Below, in pieces: positions 17,918-28,229 of a DNA stretch of 64,000 bases; positions within the stretch are counted from its first letter, which is position 1; each line of letters opens with the position of its first letter. The translations under genes were made by a program, and so were the position numbers. The notes beneath the pieces are model-generated. The model was given only the letters and a program-made list of their open reading frames with translations, was not told where the DNA came from and did no database searches. Source of the stretch: Nitrosopumilus sp. (GTDB lineage: Archaea; Thermoproteota; Nitrososphaeria; Nitrososphaerales; Nitrosopumilaceae); contig OZ244650.1 of NCBI GenBank assembly GCA_965218785.1, positions 1,856,001 to 1,920,000 on the forward strand. The letters are read 5' to 3'.

Positions 17918-18801
17918 AACGCCTCCTTTAGATTATTAAGATTCTCAGTCATTTTGGAAATATAGGTTCCTTCAGAAACAACTTCCAGCGGAGACAGAAC
18001 CAGGACACTTCCCCCTATTTCATCTGCAATAATTTCCGAGGTTCTAGGATCGGCAGTATCCTCATTAAAAATTATTTTGATGTCTAGTTCCTTTGATTTT
18101 GAGATTATATCTTCCAGTGTCTTTGCTGTTACTTCATGTGGAGCATTTGACGGAATTATCGCATGCTGATTCAGATCATATTGATCCGCAAAATATGAAA
18201 ACGCGTCATGAAATGCTACAAAATCAGATTTACAGTTTGATAACTCGTTTCTTATTTTTTGATCAAGCAAATCTAATTCTTTGATATATTCTGCCGCGTT
18301 TGATTGATAGTACTGTTGGTTTTGAGGATCAGAGTTGGAAAATGCGTTTGCAATGTTTTGTACCTGAATTTTTGCATAAACAGGATTTAACCAAATATGC
18401 GGATCTCCAGAATCATGATGATTCTCCTCTGTCAAAATTCCATTGCTTGTATCAATAATTTCTCCCTGATAACCGGCTTTGGCCAAATTTTCAACCCAGT
18501 TTTCAAAACCAATTCCATTAATGATTAAAAGATCAGCTGCCTGCATTTTTTGTACATCCTTGATTGTTGGTTCCCAGTCATGTGGTTCAATACCAGTCGG
18601 GACTAGTAAACTAACATCAACTTTGTCCCGTCCGACTATTTGTGAAAATTCATAGAGTGGATAAAATGATGAAATAACCTGCAGTTGTGAATTATCAGTT
18701 GTGATCAACTGCCGGCTCGAGTCAGTGCTATAAACTGCAATAGAGACAAGTGGAATTATTATCACTATTGCCAGGATTGCCAATTTAGTTTGAAGATTCA
18801 T
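17911..18801 (-). CDS. znuA: Metal ABC transporter substrate-binding protein (cluster A-I)
   Basis: EPHDWEP, DPHIWLNP, FHDAFSYF; short His loop ENHHD; start MNLQTK. Confidence 0.92.
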   Translation of the reverse strand: MNLQTKLAILAIVIIIPLVSIAVYSTDSSRQLITTDNSQLQVISSFYPLYEFSQIVGRDKVDVSLLVPTGIEPHDWEPTIKDVQKMQAADLLIINGIGFENWVENLAKAGYQGEIIDTSNGILTEENHHDSGDPHIWLNPVYAKIQVQNIANAFSNSDPQNQQYYQSNAAEYIKELDLLDQKIRNELSNCKSDFVAFHDAFSYFADQYDLNQHAIIPSNAPHEVTAKTLEDIISKSKELDIKIIFNEDTADPRTSEIIADEIGGSVLVLSPLEVVSEGTYISKMTENLNNLKEALC

Positions 18802-18810
18802 CACCCGATT

Positions 18811-18886
18811 CATACATAAATTATTAATAAATGTATAAAATGTTAATAACATTGATTGCTAAACTTATAAGATAATTAATAACATT
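18811..18886. promoter_or_regulatory. Divergent promoter region with palindromes, likely the operator of the NikR-like regulator
   Basis: AATGTTA-A-TAACATT (18839-18853), repeated TTAATAACATT (18843, 18876), ATACAT-N13-ATGTAT (18812-18836). Confidence 0.55.
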
Positions 18887-18892
18887 AGGCGT

Positions 18893-19276
18893 ATGCCAAT
18901 AGTCTCAATCTCATTAAATGACGAAATTCTCTCAGAATTAGACAAGCTGCAATCAACTCTGGGATTCTCAGGCCGGTCTGAGGCCATCAGGGCAGGAATT
19001 AGATCATTTGTTTCTGAAGAAAAACAAAAATCAGATCTGTCCGGAGACATTCATGCAATTCTTCTAGTTGTACATAATGATGAATTCGATCACGTTGTTT
19101 CAGGCCTTACTCATAATTTCGAGGATCTGATTATAACACATCTTCATAGTAAGATTGACAAGGAGAAATGTATGGAGCTGTTCGTTATTAATGGCGATGC
19201 AGAAAAAGTATCCACAATGACAAAGGATTTCCAGACTAACAAAAACATGGATACTGTAAAGCTAGTCGCACTTTAG
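18893..19276 (+). CDS. NikR-family ribbon-helix-helix metalloregulator
   Basis: IVSISL...FSGRSEAIR RHH domain; C-terminal HxH...C (THLHSKIDKEKCMELF) metal site. Confidence 0.88.
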   Translation: MPIVSISLNDEILSELDKLQSTLGFSGRSEAIRAGIRSFVSEEKQKSDLSGDIHAILLVVHNDEFDHVVSGLTHNFEDLIITHLHSKIDKEKCMELFVINGDAEKVSTMTKDFQTNKNMDTVKLVAL

Positions 19277-20634
19277 ATACTAAATGAGCTTCGTTTGGCA
19301 GCAAGAATCATGCCAGTTACTGATGTAACAAAAACAAGTAATGCGATGGTTCCAAATTCCGGAGTTACGACAATTCCAAACGCCGTCTCCTGACCCGTAT
19401 TTCTGATGTTTTCAAATTTTATCATCATAGGACCTGTCTGATCCTCGGCAAACGTGAATTTTTCAAAATCACCTCCAACCTGTGCCGTACCTGACGCACG
19501 ATGGATTTCCTTTCCATTTTGGATAATTACAAACGTATAATCAGAATTTCTCAACGGTTCACCGGTGGCTCCGTCTCTTATGGTAAAAACAAAATTTGTA
19601 TCAACACCTGGTTCTATCTCAAGGGGATCCCAGGAAAGATTCAGCTGAAAGTCCTCGCTTTTTGTATATGCAATCAAGGGAAAGCCGATCTCGTCACTGG
19701 TAGATAATCTAAATGCGATATTATCAGGCAGCGGCTCGTCTGATTTTTTCATTTCATTTTTTAAAATTCGAAGATGATCCTGTAACAAAACAAAGTGGAC
19801 TATTCTTTCATCATCTTCTGTGTAATCATCAATAGTTACAGAAGACTTGAATAATTTGATTCCGTTTGCGTGTCCGGTATAGCTAGTGGAGAATAGCTCG
19901 GCAAAATCTTTTGGAAAGTGAACCTCTACATGAATGATGGAAACATGGGACAGATGTTTTTCACTCCAGTCAAATGGCATCTCAAATGTAACCTGTTTGG
20001 TCTCAGGGTCGTACTCAAAATTGGAGATTTTATCAAAATATGACTTTATACTAAATTCCACATCATTATCTTCTGCATCCTTTTGGGTATGAAAAGTAGT
20101 CTCAATTACGCTCAAATCAGCATTATATGTTCCAGAATTCTCTATGATGTTGGTTGGTTCATCTATGGTTCGTACCTCGATTTCAAAGGTATACAACCCA
20201 CCCGCACTAAAAAGCGGACCGGCAATTTCAATGGGGTTTGATTCTGTTCCATGCCAGGCACCAAGCAGGGAATCCTGCTCCCCGTTAATCACAAGATTAT
20301 CAAATTCCTGGTTTGGCATTATCTTAATAGGCAGCACGCCGTTATCTGTAAAGAAATAATTTCTAAAAATCATCTCACCATTGTGGAATAATCCAATCAG
20401 AAACGTAACATTTTTTGCGTTTTCCTGGGTTTTATCCTCAATTGCAGTAATTGTGATCTGCTCTTGATCGTTTTCAAAATATAACGGCATCTCAACTGAG
20501 ATTGTGATATCCTTTCCCTGAATATCAATTGACGGGATGGTGTCAATTCCCAACCCGTGACCGTAAGCACTGCCTGCCGGAAACAACAAACCGATGGCCA
20601 GTGCAAATACTCCAAGTTTTATTAATAACAACAT
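19273..20634 (-). CDS. Exported HGxG-family protein, paralogue 3, with a PEFG-CTERM sorting signal
   Basis: Signal ...SAYG|HGLGID; GGLYTF, SYFDKI, MPFDW, IHVEVHFPK, IVHF motifs; VTPEFGTIA-TM-KR. Confidence 0.85.
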   Translation of the reverse strand: MLLLIKLGVFALAIGLLFPAGSAYGHGLGIDTIPSIDIQGKDITISVEMPLYFENDQEQITITAIEDKTQENAKNVTFLIGLFHNGEMIFRNYFFTDNGVLPIKIMPNQEFDNLVINGEQDSLLGAWHGTESNPIEIAGPLFSAGGLYTFEIEVRTIDEPTNIIENSGTYNADLSVIETTFHTQKDAEDNDVEFSIKSYFDKISNFEYDPETKQVTFEMPFDWSEKHLSHVSIIHVEVHFPKDFAELFSTSYTGHANGIKLFKSSVTIDDYTEDDERIVHFVLLQDHLRILKNEMKKSDEPLPDNIAFRLSTSDEIGFPLIAYTKSEDFQLNLSWDPLEIEPGVDTNFVFTIRDGATGEPLRNSDYTFVIIQNGKEIHRASGTAQVGGDFEKFTFAEDQTGPMMIKFENIRNTGQETAFGIVVTPEFGTIALLVFVTSVTGMILAAKRSSFSI

Positions 20635-20653
20635 TTTTTCATCTCATCTCCAA

Positions 20654-21367
20654 CTATCTCACTGTTAATAATTCTCTTACGTTCTGAATTAAATCTTTCA
20701 TTGATGTGGATTCCAAGATAGGCTGAAGATCGTCTGGAACCTTTGCACCAAGTGAGGATAGTGAATAGACATAATCAATTGTAGGCGTATCAGTCGTAAG
20801 ATAGTATTGTTCCAAGACGTGATCTAGTGCATGAGGTTCAACAACCTCTGGCAGTGTCTGGGCAATGATTTTGTCCTTCCACAATGCAACTAGTTCTTCC
20901 CATTGTTCTAGTGAAATACTTTGATCAATTTCTGGAATCATTTCAACCTCAGCCCGGATGTACAGCTTTTCCTCTGTTCCAATTTTTTCATGCATGTCGG
21001 ATATTTCTTGATGTCCCTCCACCGAAAGTGGATCGTAATTTACAGGCTGGGGAATTGATGGGGCAATGATCTTTTTAATTTTAAACGAGTTTCTGCCCAG
21101 TGTTTCAATGTGTAATTGCAATCCATCAAGTTGGAGATCTTTACATTTTGTGATTTTAACAATCGTTCCAACCAGTCTGGGAGAGTTCCAGCCATTAACG
21201 GAGTTTTGTTCATCAATCAGGCACACTCCGAATTGACCGTCACCTAGCATGCAATCATCAACTAGCTGCTTGTAACGGGGCTCGAATATTCGAAGTGGGA
21301 GTTCCTGTCTGGGAAATAAAACCAAATCCAGGGGAAATACAGGAATTATTTTTGTCTGTGACAACAA
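20654..21367 (-). CDS. Stand-alone LON peptidase substrate-binding domain protein
   Basis: IPVFPLDLVLFPRQELPLRIFEPRYKQLV signature. Confidence 0.85.
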   Translation of the reverse strand: MLSQTKIIPVFPLDLVLFPRQELPLRIFEPRYKQLVDDCMLGDGQFGVCLIDEQNSVNGWNSPRLVGTIVKITKCKDLQLDGLQLHIETLGRNSFKIKKIIAPSIPQPVNYDPLSVEGHQEISDMHEKIGTEEKLYIRAEVEMIPEIDQSISLEQWEELVALWKDKIIAQTLPEVVEPHALDHVLEQYYLTTDTPTIDYVYSLSSLGAKVPDDLQPILESTSMKDLIQNVRELLTVR

Positions 21368-21412
21368 CCATATTGAAATGTCTCCAGATATATGGAATAC
21401 GGATTAAGACAA

Positions 21413-22342
21413 CTAGAATCCGTTTTCATTGAGGATCAGGCCTAGAAGGGCCGCACGTGTATGTTTTCCATATTCGGCCTGTTTGAAATATTTGGCATTT
21501 TTTGTACTATCAACATCAGTTGAGATTTCATCTATTCTTGGCAGCGGATGCAAGATTATGGAATCATCTTTCATCTGTTTTAACAAATCCAGTCCTACGA
21601 TGTAACTGCCCTTTACTTTGAGATATTCCTCTTCATCGGGGAATCTCTCCTTTTGTATTCTTGTTACATAAAGAACGTCAAGGTCATCAATGTGTTCTTC
21701 AATGTTAGTTGATTCGGTAAAATCCAACCTCTTTTTGATTTCATAAATTGAATCAGAACGTATCCTAAGGGACTCTGGAGAGATTAAATGGACATCAACG
21801 TCATAGTTTCCCAGTCCGTACAACAGGGAATAAACAGTCCGCCCGTATTTTAGATCCCCGACAATTCCAATCTTTAGTCCGTCAATCTTTTTCTTTTCTT
21901 TTTTAATTGTAAACAGGTCTTGAATTGCCTGTGTTGGATGCTCCTCCGTACCACTGCCCGCATTAATTACAGGTTTGTCTGAAACTTCGGCTGCAAATCT
22001 ACTAGAACCATCCAGTGGATGTCGTAAAACAAGAATGTCCGAATAGATGGACATGATGCGAACGGTATCTGCAAGACTCTCACCTTTCTGGGTCGATGAG
22101 GATGACATGTCGGCAATTCCCAGCGAGTTTCCACCAACTGATGCCATGGCCGCATCAAAGCTAAGGCGGGTCCTGGTACTTGGCTCATAAAACAGGTATC
22201 CCAATGTTCTTCCCCTGCAGATCTCCCTTCTGTCAGCAGGGCTCATCTGCATCATCTTCTCAGTTGATGAAAAAATTTTTTCGAACTGCTCCTTGTTATA
22301 ATCCTTAATCGAGATAATATCTTTCTGATGAAATTCGTTCAC
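21413..22342 (-). CDS. pyrB: Aspartate carbamoyltransferase catalytic subunit
   Basis: FYEPSTRTRLSF, HPTQ, GDLKYGRTVYSL, HPLPR. Confidence 0.97.
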   Translation of the reverse strand: MNEFHQKDIISIKDYNKEQFEKIFSSTEKMMQMSPADRREICRGRTLGYLFYEPSTRTRLSFDAAMASVGGNSLGIADMSSSSTQKGESLADTVRIMSIYSDILVLRHPLDGSSRFAAEVSDKPVINAGSGTEEHPTQAIQDLFTIKKEKKKIDGLKIGIVGDLKYGRTVYSLLYGLGNYDVDVHLISPESLRIRSDSIYEIKKRLDFTESTNIEEHIDDLDVLYVTRIQKERFPDEEEYLKVKGSYIVGLDLLKQMKDDSIILHPLPRIDEISTDVDSTKNAKYFKQAEYGKHTRAALLGLILNENGF

Positions 22343-22383
22343 TCTTTCAATGATATATACAAGAGACTATACAAAGTATTCTG

Positions 22384-22845
22384 ATGGAGCAGTCCGAACT
22401 CATGGTTCGACGAATCAAGGAAGGTACTGTAATTGACCATATTGACGAGGGCAAGGGTCTTCAGGTGCTCAACGCGCTGAGAATTGACGGAAAGGATGGA
22501 AGCCTGATTACCATAGCCCTGAATGTTCCAAGCGGTAAATTCAAGAAAAAAGACATCATAAAGGTTGAGAACAAGTTCCTAAAAGACGATGATACAAACA
22601 AGCTTGCAGTAATTGTCCCAAAGGCGACTATCAACATGATAAAAGACTACAAGCTTGTTGAGAAAAGAAGGGTGTCACTACCAAACGAAATAGACAGGAT
22701 ATTTCGATGCTCAAATCCGGATTGCATCACAAACAGTACTGAACACATCGAATCTGTAATGGATGTAGTTGACAGGGAAGGAAGGGTGCTCAAATGCAGG
22801 TACTGCGCAAGAGTTTTGGATGTTGACAAGTTAAAATATAATTAA
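22384..22845 (+). CDS. pyrI: Aspartate carbamoyltransferase regulatory subunit
   Basis: GTVIDHI, KKDIIKVE, CSNPDCIT, CRYC; divergent from pyrB. Confidence 0.96.
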   Translation: MEQSELMVRRIKEGTVIDHIDEGKGLQVLNALRIDGKDGSLITIALNVPSGKFKKKDIIKVENKFLKDDDTNKLAVIVPKATINMIKDYKLVEKRRVSLPNEIDRIFRCSNPDCITNSTEHIESVMDVVDREGRVLKCRYCARVLDVDKLKYN

Positions 22846-22870
22846 ATGAAAAATTTGAAAAAGAACTGGT

Positions 22871-23185
22871 TTATTGTCCCAAGATGATAAACATCATGAC
22901 TATACCATAGATGGCAATTGATTCTACCATTCCTACAAAGATGAATACTTTGGACTGTAATGCGGGATTCTCACTAATTACTGCAAGACCTGCCGCACCT
23001 ACCTGACCTAAACCAACACCGGCACCGCCTGCGGCAACACCAAATGCTATACCAGCACCAATTAACTTGGAACCATCAGACATGCCACCAGTCTCTCCTT
23101 CCTCGGCAGCATATGCCATATCTGTAAGACCGGAAGCTACTAGTGTAATGGCCGCTACTGTTAACAATAAAACTATAGGTTTCAT
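22871..23185 (-). CDS. atpK: A-type ATP synthase proteolipid subunit K (c), single hairpin with an N-terminal leader
   Basis: Gly-rich helix GAGIAFGVAAGGAGVGLG, ENP loop, catalytic Glu in GMVESIAIYG; own TATA-like box at ~23211-23220. Confidence 0.95.
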   Translation of the reverse strand: MKPIVLLLTVAAITLVASGLTDMAYAAEEGETGGMSDGSKLIGAGIAFGVAAGGAGVGLGQVGAAGLAVISENPALQSKVFIFVGMVESIAIYGIVMMFIILGQ

Positions 23186-23238
23186 CTGTGTTTGGATTCC
23201 TTATAGTTCCATATTTAAATCATGATGACGTTCAAACA

Positions 23239-23370
23239 CTAAATTTGATCAAGTGTTTTCTTTTTGAATGATTGTAAATCGTTTCGGATGGATTCTGTAA
23301 AGTTCATCTGATCCTTGTCTAGTTCGTTTTTAGAACTTTGCAGTAATTTTTTGATTTCTTCTTTTGCCAT
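23239..23370 (-). CDS. 43-aa charged helical microprotein inside the atp operon
   Basis: MAKEEIKKLLQSSKNELDKDQMNFTESIRNDLQSFKKKTLDQI; ATG overlaps the atpD stop (TAATG). Confidence 0.65.
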   Translation of the reverse strand: MAKEEIKKLLQSSKNELDKDQMNFTESIRNDLQSFKKKTLDQI

Positions 23371-24002
23371 TATTTCCTACTTTCCATCTTTGCCTTCACT
23401 TTTTTTAACTTTGCGAATTCCTCCCTCTCTCTTTCCTCAAGAGTGGCAAGAATGAATCGAATTTTTTGCTGATATTGGGGAATAATTACATTTTCAAGCG
23501 CATTTAGCAGTTTTTGGGTCTTTTCTAATGCTTTTGCAAGACTAAAGATAGAATTTTCATATTCTGCTGCCTTGCAAATTTTTGGAAGCAGTTCCTTGAT
23601 TTGTTTTGCGGCCCTATCAATTGACGAGTTCGTATCGGCAAATCCGTAGGGCATTGATTTTTCATCTTTTTCTGTAACAGATAATGCCGGAATTTTTACA
23701 TCAACGACCCTGCGTATGTTAACATCCACCTCCATTACAGGCGGGGTGGATTCGGCAACAGAATCAACTGTGTCAGAGCCCAGGGCCAGATATGCCTCAT
23801 TGACTGATTTGTAGATATCCTGCAGGGGATCCCAGATTCCCCCCCTTGCCTTGGATGCCTCTTCAATCATCTCCTCGATGTTCTTCAAGAGAACCTTGCG
23901 TTTGTCATCTAGGATTTTCTGGACCATTACGGCGACCTGGCTGGATTTTTTATATTTTAAGAGTTCAATCTTTGTGGCTGCAACATTTTGTCCAAATGAC
24001 AT
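23370..24002 (-). CDS. atpD: A-type ATP synthase subunit D
   Basis: ATKIELL, LNALENVIIP, LEEREREEFAKLKK. Confidence 0.95.
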   Translation of the reverse strand: MSFGQNVAATKIELLKYKKSSQVAVMVQKILDDKRKVLLKNIEEMIEEASKARGGIWDPLQDIYKSVNEAYLALGSDTVDSVAESTPPVMEVDVNIRRVVDVKIPALSVTEKDEKSMPYGFADTNSSIDRAAKQIKELLPKICKAAEYENSIFSLAKALEKTQKLLNALENVIIPQYQQKIRFILATLEEREREEFAKLKKVKAKMESRK

Positions 24003-24006
24003 TTTA

Positions 24007-25392
24007 CTACTTTTCCTGATAATACTGATCTATGAACTTGTCTTTGATTTTGGTAATCTCGTTTCTTGGAAGTTTGGAGACAATCTTCCATAAAACACCG
24101 AGTGTTTCTTCAATGGTTCTATTCTCATCTGTAGCTTGTGTGAGGAATTCCTTTTCAAAGACATCACCGACATCCATGTATTTCAAATCAATCTCAGTCA
24201 GTCCGGCTTTACCGACAATTCCTGCCAGTGCCCTTACTTCCTGTGCCCTAGAATATGCATCATAAACCTGATTGGATATTTCACTGTGATCTTCTCTGGT
24301 ACTTCCTTTGCCGATTCCGTCCTTCATCAGTCTGCTAAGACTCATCAGAATGTTGACTGGCGGGTAAACTCCCTGTCTGAACAGGTCCCTGCCAAGCACT
24401 ACCTGTCCTTCTGTAATGTAGCCGGTAAGATCCGGGATTGGATGTGTAATATCATCAGATGGCATTGATAGAATTGGAACTTGGGTGACACTGCCTTTTC
24501 TTCCGTTTAGCTTGCCTGCTCTTTCATAGATTGTTGAAAGATCGGTGTAAAGATAGCCTGGATATCCCTTTCTTCCTGGAACCTCTTCTCTTGCGGCACT
24601 AATCTCTCGGAGTGCTTCTGCATAGTTTGTCATGTCAGTTAGTATAACTAGAACGTGCATTCCCAACTCAAATGCCAGATATTCTGCCACAGTCAGTGCC
24701 ACACGGGGAGTGATAATTCTTTCAATTGCAGGATCATCTGCCGTGTTAAGGAACAGAACGCTTCTTTTTAGTGCGCCTGATTCTTCGAGGCTGCGTTTGA
24801 AATATTCTGCCTCGCTGTACTGCACGCCGATTGCTGCAAACACCACGGCAAAGTCATCATCAGTACCAACGACGCTTGCCTGTCTTGCAATTTGTGCTGC
24901 CAGAAGGTTGTGCGACATGCCAGAACCGGAAAATATTGGAAGTTTCTGTCCCCTGACTAGTGTGATCATTCCGTCAATTACAGAAACTCCGGTCTGAATA
25001 AAGTCCTTAGGATATTCACGTTGTTCAGGGTTCATGGGTTCGCCATTAATGTCGATGAATTGATCAGCGATTGGATCTGGCAGTCCGTCTTTTGGTCTTC
25101 CCAATCCATCAAAGACTCTGCCAAGTACCTCCTTTGATACCGGCATCTCCATGACTTTGCCGACAAATTTTGCATTAGTTCCAGAGATGGATAGTCCGGT
25201 GGTTCCCTCAAAGACTTGGACGATTGCCTTGCCATTTCCTACTTCGAGGACCTTGCCCAGCCGTCTTTCACCTTCATTGGTCTCGATTTCTACAAGTTCG
25301 TCAAATGCGGCATTTTCAACATCATCAACAATTACCAGCGGTCCCTTGATTTCTGCAATCTTGCTGTATTGAACCCCGCCTTTTGTGGTCAA
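24007..25392 (-). CDS. atpB: A-type ATP synthase subunit B
   Basis: [36 protein letters not shown]. Confidence 0.97.
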   Translation of the reverse strand: MTTKGGVQYSKIAEIKGPLVIVDDVENAAFDELVEIETNEGERRLGKVLEVGNGKAIVQVFEGTTGLSISGTNAKFVGKVMEMPVSKEVLGRVFDGLGRPKDGLPDPIADQFIDINGEPMNPEQREYPKDFIQTGVSVIDGMITLVRGQKLPIFSGSGMSHNLLAAQIARQASVVGTDDDFAVVFAAIGVQYSEAEYFKRSLEESGALKRSVLFLNTADDPAIERIITPRVALTVAEYLAFELGMHVLVILTDMTNYAEALREISAAREEVPGRKGYPGYLYTDLSTIYERAGKLNGRKGSVTQVPILSMPSDDITHPIPDLTGYITEGQVVLGRDLFRQGVYPPVNILMSLSRLMKDGIGKGSTREDHSEISNQVYDAYSRAQEVRALAGIVGKAGLTEIDLKYMDVGDVFEKEFLTQATDENRTIEETLGVLWKIVSKLPRNEITKIKDKFIDQYYQEK

Positions 25393-27167
25393 TTTGATAC
25401 TTTCACTCCGGTAATTGATTTGAATTGTTCTTGCATGTCAGTTTGCAACTGGTCAAGTTTGGAAACCTCGTCATCTTTGATGTCCATTCTTGCCTTGAGA
25501 ATTGAAGAGACGATGGACATTTCACGAATATCAGATAGTGTCGCACCTTCCTTTAGTGCTTGCTTGCCCTTTCTGTAAAAGTCAACTAGTAGTTTCAATA
25601 GTTTGTATTGTTTTTCTGGACTGCAATAAGTATCGACATCATCAAATGAGTTTTGTTGTAAAAGACCAATCTTGATCATTCTTGCAACTTCAAGAATTAA
25701 TTTTTCCTCATCAGGCAGTGCTTCAGGACCTAAGAGTCTGACAATTTCTTTTAGTGTGTCTTCTCTTTGTAAGACTCCATATGCCTCACTTCTAAGACTC
25801 AGCCAGTCCTCACTGATGTTCTCGCTCCACCATTTTGCAATGTCGGCAAGATAACCAGAATAGCTGTTCATCCAGTTGATTGATGGGTAATGTCTAGAGT
25901 ATGCCAGTTTTGCATCCAAGGCCCAGAAAGTTTTGATAAATCTCATTGTATGAGTTGTCACCGGCTCTGTAAAGTCGCCGCCTGATGGAGATACAGCACC
26001 CACCAGGGTAACTGAGCCGTCGCGGTCCGGACTGCCTGTCGCCCTTACACGGCCTGCCCTTTCATAAAATTCTGCCAGTCTTGACGCAAGATATGATGGA
26101 TATCCCTCTTCTGCGGGCATTTCTTCTAATCTGCCGCTCATTTCTCTGAGTGCCTCGGCCCATCTGCTTGTGGAATCTGCTACAAGTACAACGTCTTTGC
26201 CCATGTCTCTGTAGTATTCTGCAATTGTTACGCCGGTGTAGATACTTGCCTCTCTTGCCGCCACTGGCATGTTACTAGTGTTTGCGACAAGTACGGTTCT
26301 GTCCATAAGTGGTTTTCCACTACGTGGATCTTTAAGATGTGGGAATTCAACTAATACTTCAGTCATCTCGTTTCCCCTCTCACCGCAGCCAATGTAGACA
26401 ACAACTTGTGAATCTGCCCATTTTGCAATTTGGTGCAATGTAACGGTCTTTCCTGTTCCAAATGCCCCTGGAATTGAACCGGTTCCGCCTTTTGCAATTG
26501 GGAAAAATGTGTCTATAACACGTTGACCCGTAAGTAATGGAATCGTAGGATCGTATCGGTTCTTGTATGGACGGGGTTTTCTAACAGGCCATCTGTGATA
26601 CATTTTAAGTTCAATTTTTTGACCCTCGTTTTCTGTTGTTGCCAAAACAGTTTCTAAATCATAATCTCCTTCAGATACAATGTTTGAAAGTTTTCCACCT
26701 GGATGATCCGGTGGAACCATGATAGAGTGCTCGATAAGATCGGTTTCTTGAACGGTTCCAATTACGTTTCCTGCAGAAACTTGATCGCCGTTATTTACCG
26801 TTGGAACAAAGTGATATTTCTTGGTCATATCCACCGGAGTTGTAACAATACCTCTTCCGATGAATGAACCGGATGCCTTGGATAGTTCCCTTAGTGGTCT
26901 TTGAATTCCATCGTAAAGCTGTCCGATGATTCCAGGACCTAACAATACACTAAGTGGATTTCCGGTACCAACTACGGGCTCGCCTGGCTTTAATCCGCTC
27001 GTTGATTCATAAACCTGAACAAATGCCACATCACCGGTTAATCGAATTACCTCGCCTACTAGTTTGGAATTGCCAACGGTTACAGTTTCATACATTTTTG
27101 CATCAGACATACCGTCTGCTCTTACTGCCGGGCCGCTTACCCAAACAATTCTACCTTGAGCTGCCAT
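25389..27167 (-). CDS. atpA: A-type ATP synthase subunit A (no intein)
   Basis: GAFGTGKT Walker [22 protein letters not shown]; start MAAQGR at 27167. Confidence 0.97.
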   Translation of the reverse strand: MAAQGRIVWVSGPAVRADGMSDAKMYETVTVGNSKLVGEVIRLTGDVAFVQVYESTSGLKPGEPVVGTGNPLSVLLGPGIIGQLYDGIQRPLRELSKASGSFIGRGIVTTPVDMTKKYHFVPTVNNGDQVSAGNVIGTVQETDLIEHSIMVPPDHPGGKLSNIVSEGDYDLETVLATTENEGQKIELKMYHRWPVRKPRPYKNRYDPTIPLLTGQRVIDTFFPIAKGGTGSIPGAFGTGKTVTLHQIAKWADSQVVVYIGCGERGNEMTEVLVEFPHLKDPRSGKPLMDRTVLVANTSNMPVAAREASIYTGVTIAEYYRDMGKDVVLVADSTSRWAEALREMSGRLEEMPAEEGYPSYLASRLAEFYERAGRVRATGSPDRDGSVTLVGAVSPSGGDFTEPVTTHTMRFIKTFWALDAKLAYSRHYPSINWMNSYSGYLADIAKWWSENISEDWLSLRSEAYGVLQREDTLKEIVRLLGPEALPDEEKLILEVARMIKIGLLQQNSFDDVDTYCSPEKQYKLLKLLVDFYRKGKQALKEGATLSDIREMSIVSSILKARMDIKDDEVSKLDQLQTDMQEQFKSITGVKVSN

Positions 27168-27168
27168 A

Positions 27169-27753
27169 CTAATTTCCCACTCCGAACTTGGATGCAATTG
27201 CCTTCCTTATTAAAGGCTTCATGCGTTCAATTCTCGCATCAATGGTATTATCAAATGTCATTGCACCGTCTTTGGATTTTACAACAACTCCGCCGATGCA
27301 GTCAATTGTTTCAGACGACAACTCTGCTTCGGGGAATTTGGATAATGCTGATTGGACTGCATTTCTGTCCTTGGCATTTGTAAAAACGGTTATTTTGGAT
27401 GTTTCCAAGATTTTAGTTGATTCATCTAACAGGGTCTTAATCAGACCCGAATGATCTTCGCTTTTAATTTGATCCAATGCCTTTGAAAAGACCCTGTCAA
27501 CTGCCTCCTCTAATACCATCAGTTCCTTGTTTCTAGCCTCCAGATCGGAGCTGCCAATGATCTGTTTTTCGATTTTATCGGCCTCTTTGTTTCCATTTGA
27601 GATAATCTTGTCATATTCCTGCTCTAGCTTGGAGAGTGCGTCATCTAGTGTTTTTCTGGAATTTGAGCCTGAATTTTCGAGATCGGTGAGGAACTCATGC
27701 TCCGTTTTCTTTAGAATTTTATCTATAGCTTGTTCTAATGCCAAATTTGCCAA
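27169..27753 (-). CDS. atpE: A-type ATP synthase subunit E
   Basis: N-terminal coiled coil; IGGVVV...DNTIDAR motif. Confidence 0.92.
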   Translation of the reverse strand: MANLALEQAIDKILKKTEHEFLTDLENSGSNSRKTLDDALSKLEQEYDKIISNGNKEADKIEKQIIGSSDLEARNKELMVLEEAVDRVFSKALDQIKSEDHSGLIKTLLDESTKILETSKITVFTNAKDRNAVQSALSKFPEAELSSETIDCIGGVVVKSKDGAMTFDNTIDARIERMKPLIRKAIASKFGVGN

Positions 27754-28229
27754 TATGTGGCGATTATTTAATAATAGATTTTAATGTTTGGGACTGATTG
27801 GGATGTTCTAAAACCACAATTCAGATTTGGATTCGGGGTTTTGTGTAATCTTAGAGATCTCAGGATTGAACCATTCTGGCGGTTCTGGCGCAAAATACTG
27901 ATCTGATATCAGGATACATCAGAAACTGAGAAAAACAGGTAATGAAGATGATCTCTCATTACACAACCCAAAGTTTGTTATGAATACATACAAGAGGTCA
28001 TAGCATATCGGGAGGATTAGAGCGGAAACAGCATATCGTTGGAGGAATTTCATTTCAAACAGAAAAAAGACGTAATTAACTTGATGGAAGCGCCATAACA
28101 AAAAAATGGCATTGTAGGGATTTATCCTATTCAGGAATTGAAAAAACCGGTAAAACAATTATTGTCGCAAGCACGGATTGTGTGGTATTTGTATTAGATA
28201 TAAAAAATTCCTTGAGAATTGAGAAAATC

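Noticed and set aside
27919-28158. 79-aa minus-strand ORF and the imperfect repeat agcatatcg(tt)ggagga
   Set aside because: No recognisable protein features; only two degenerate copies, not an array.
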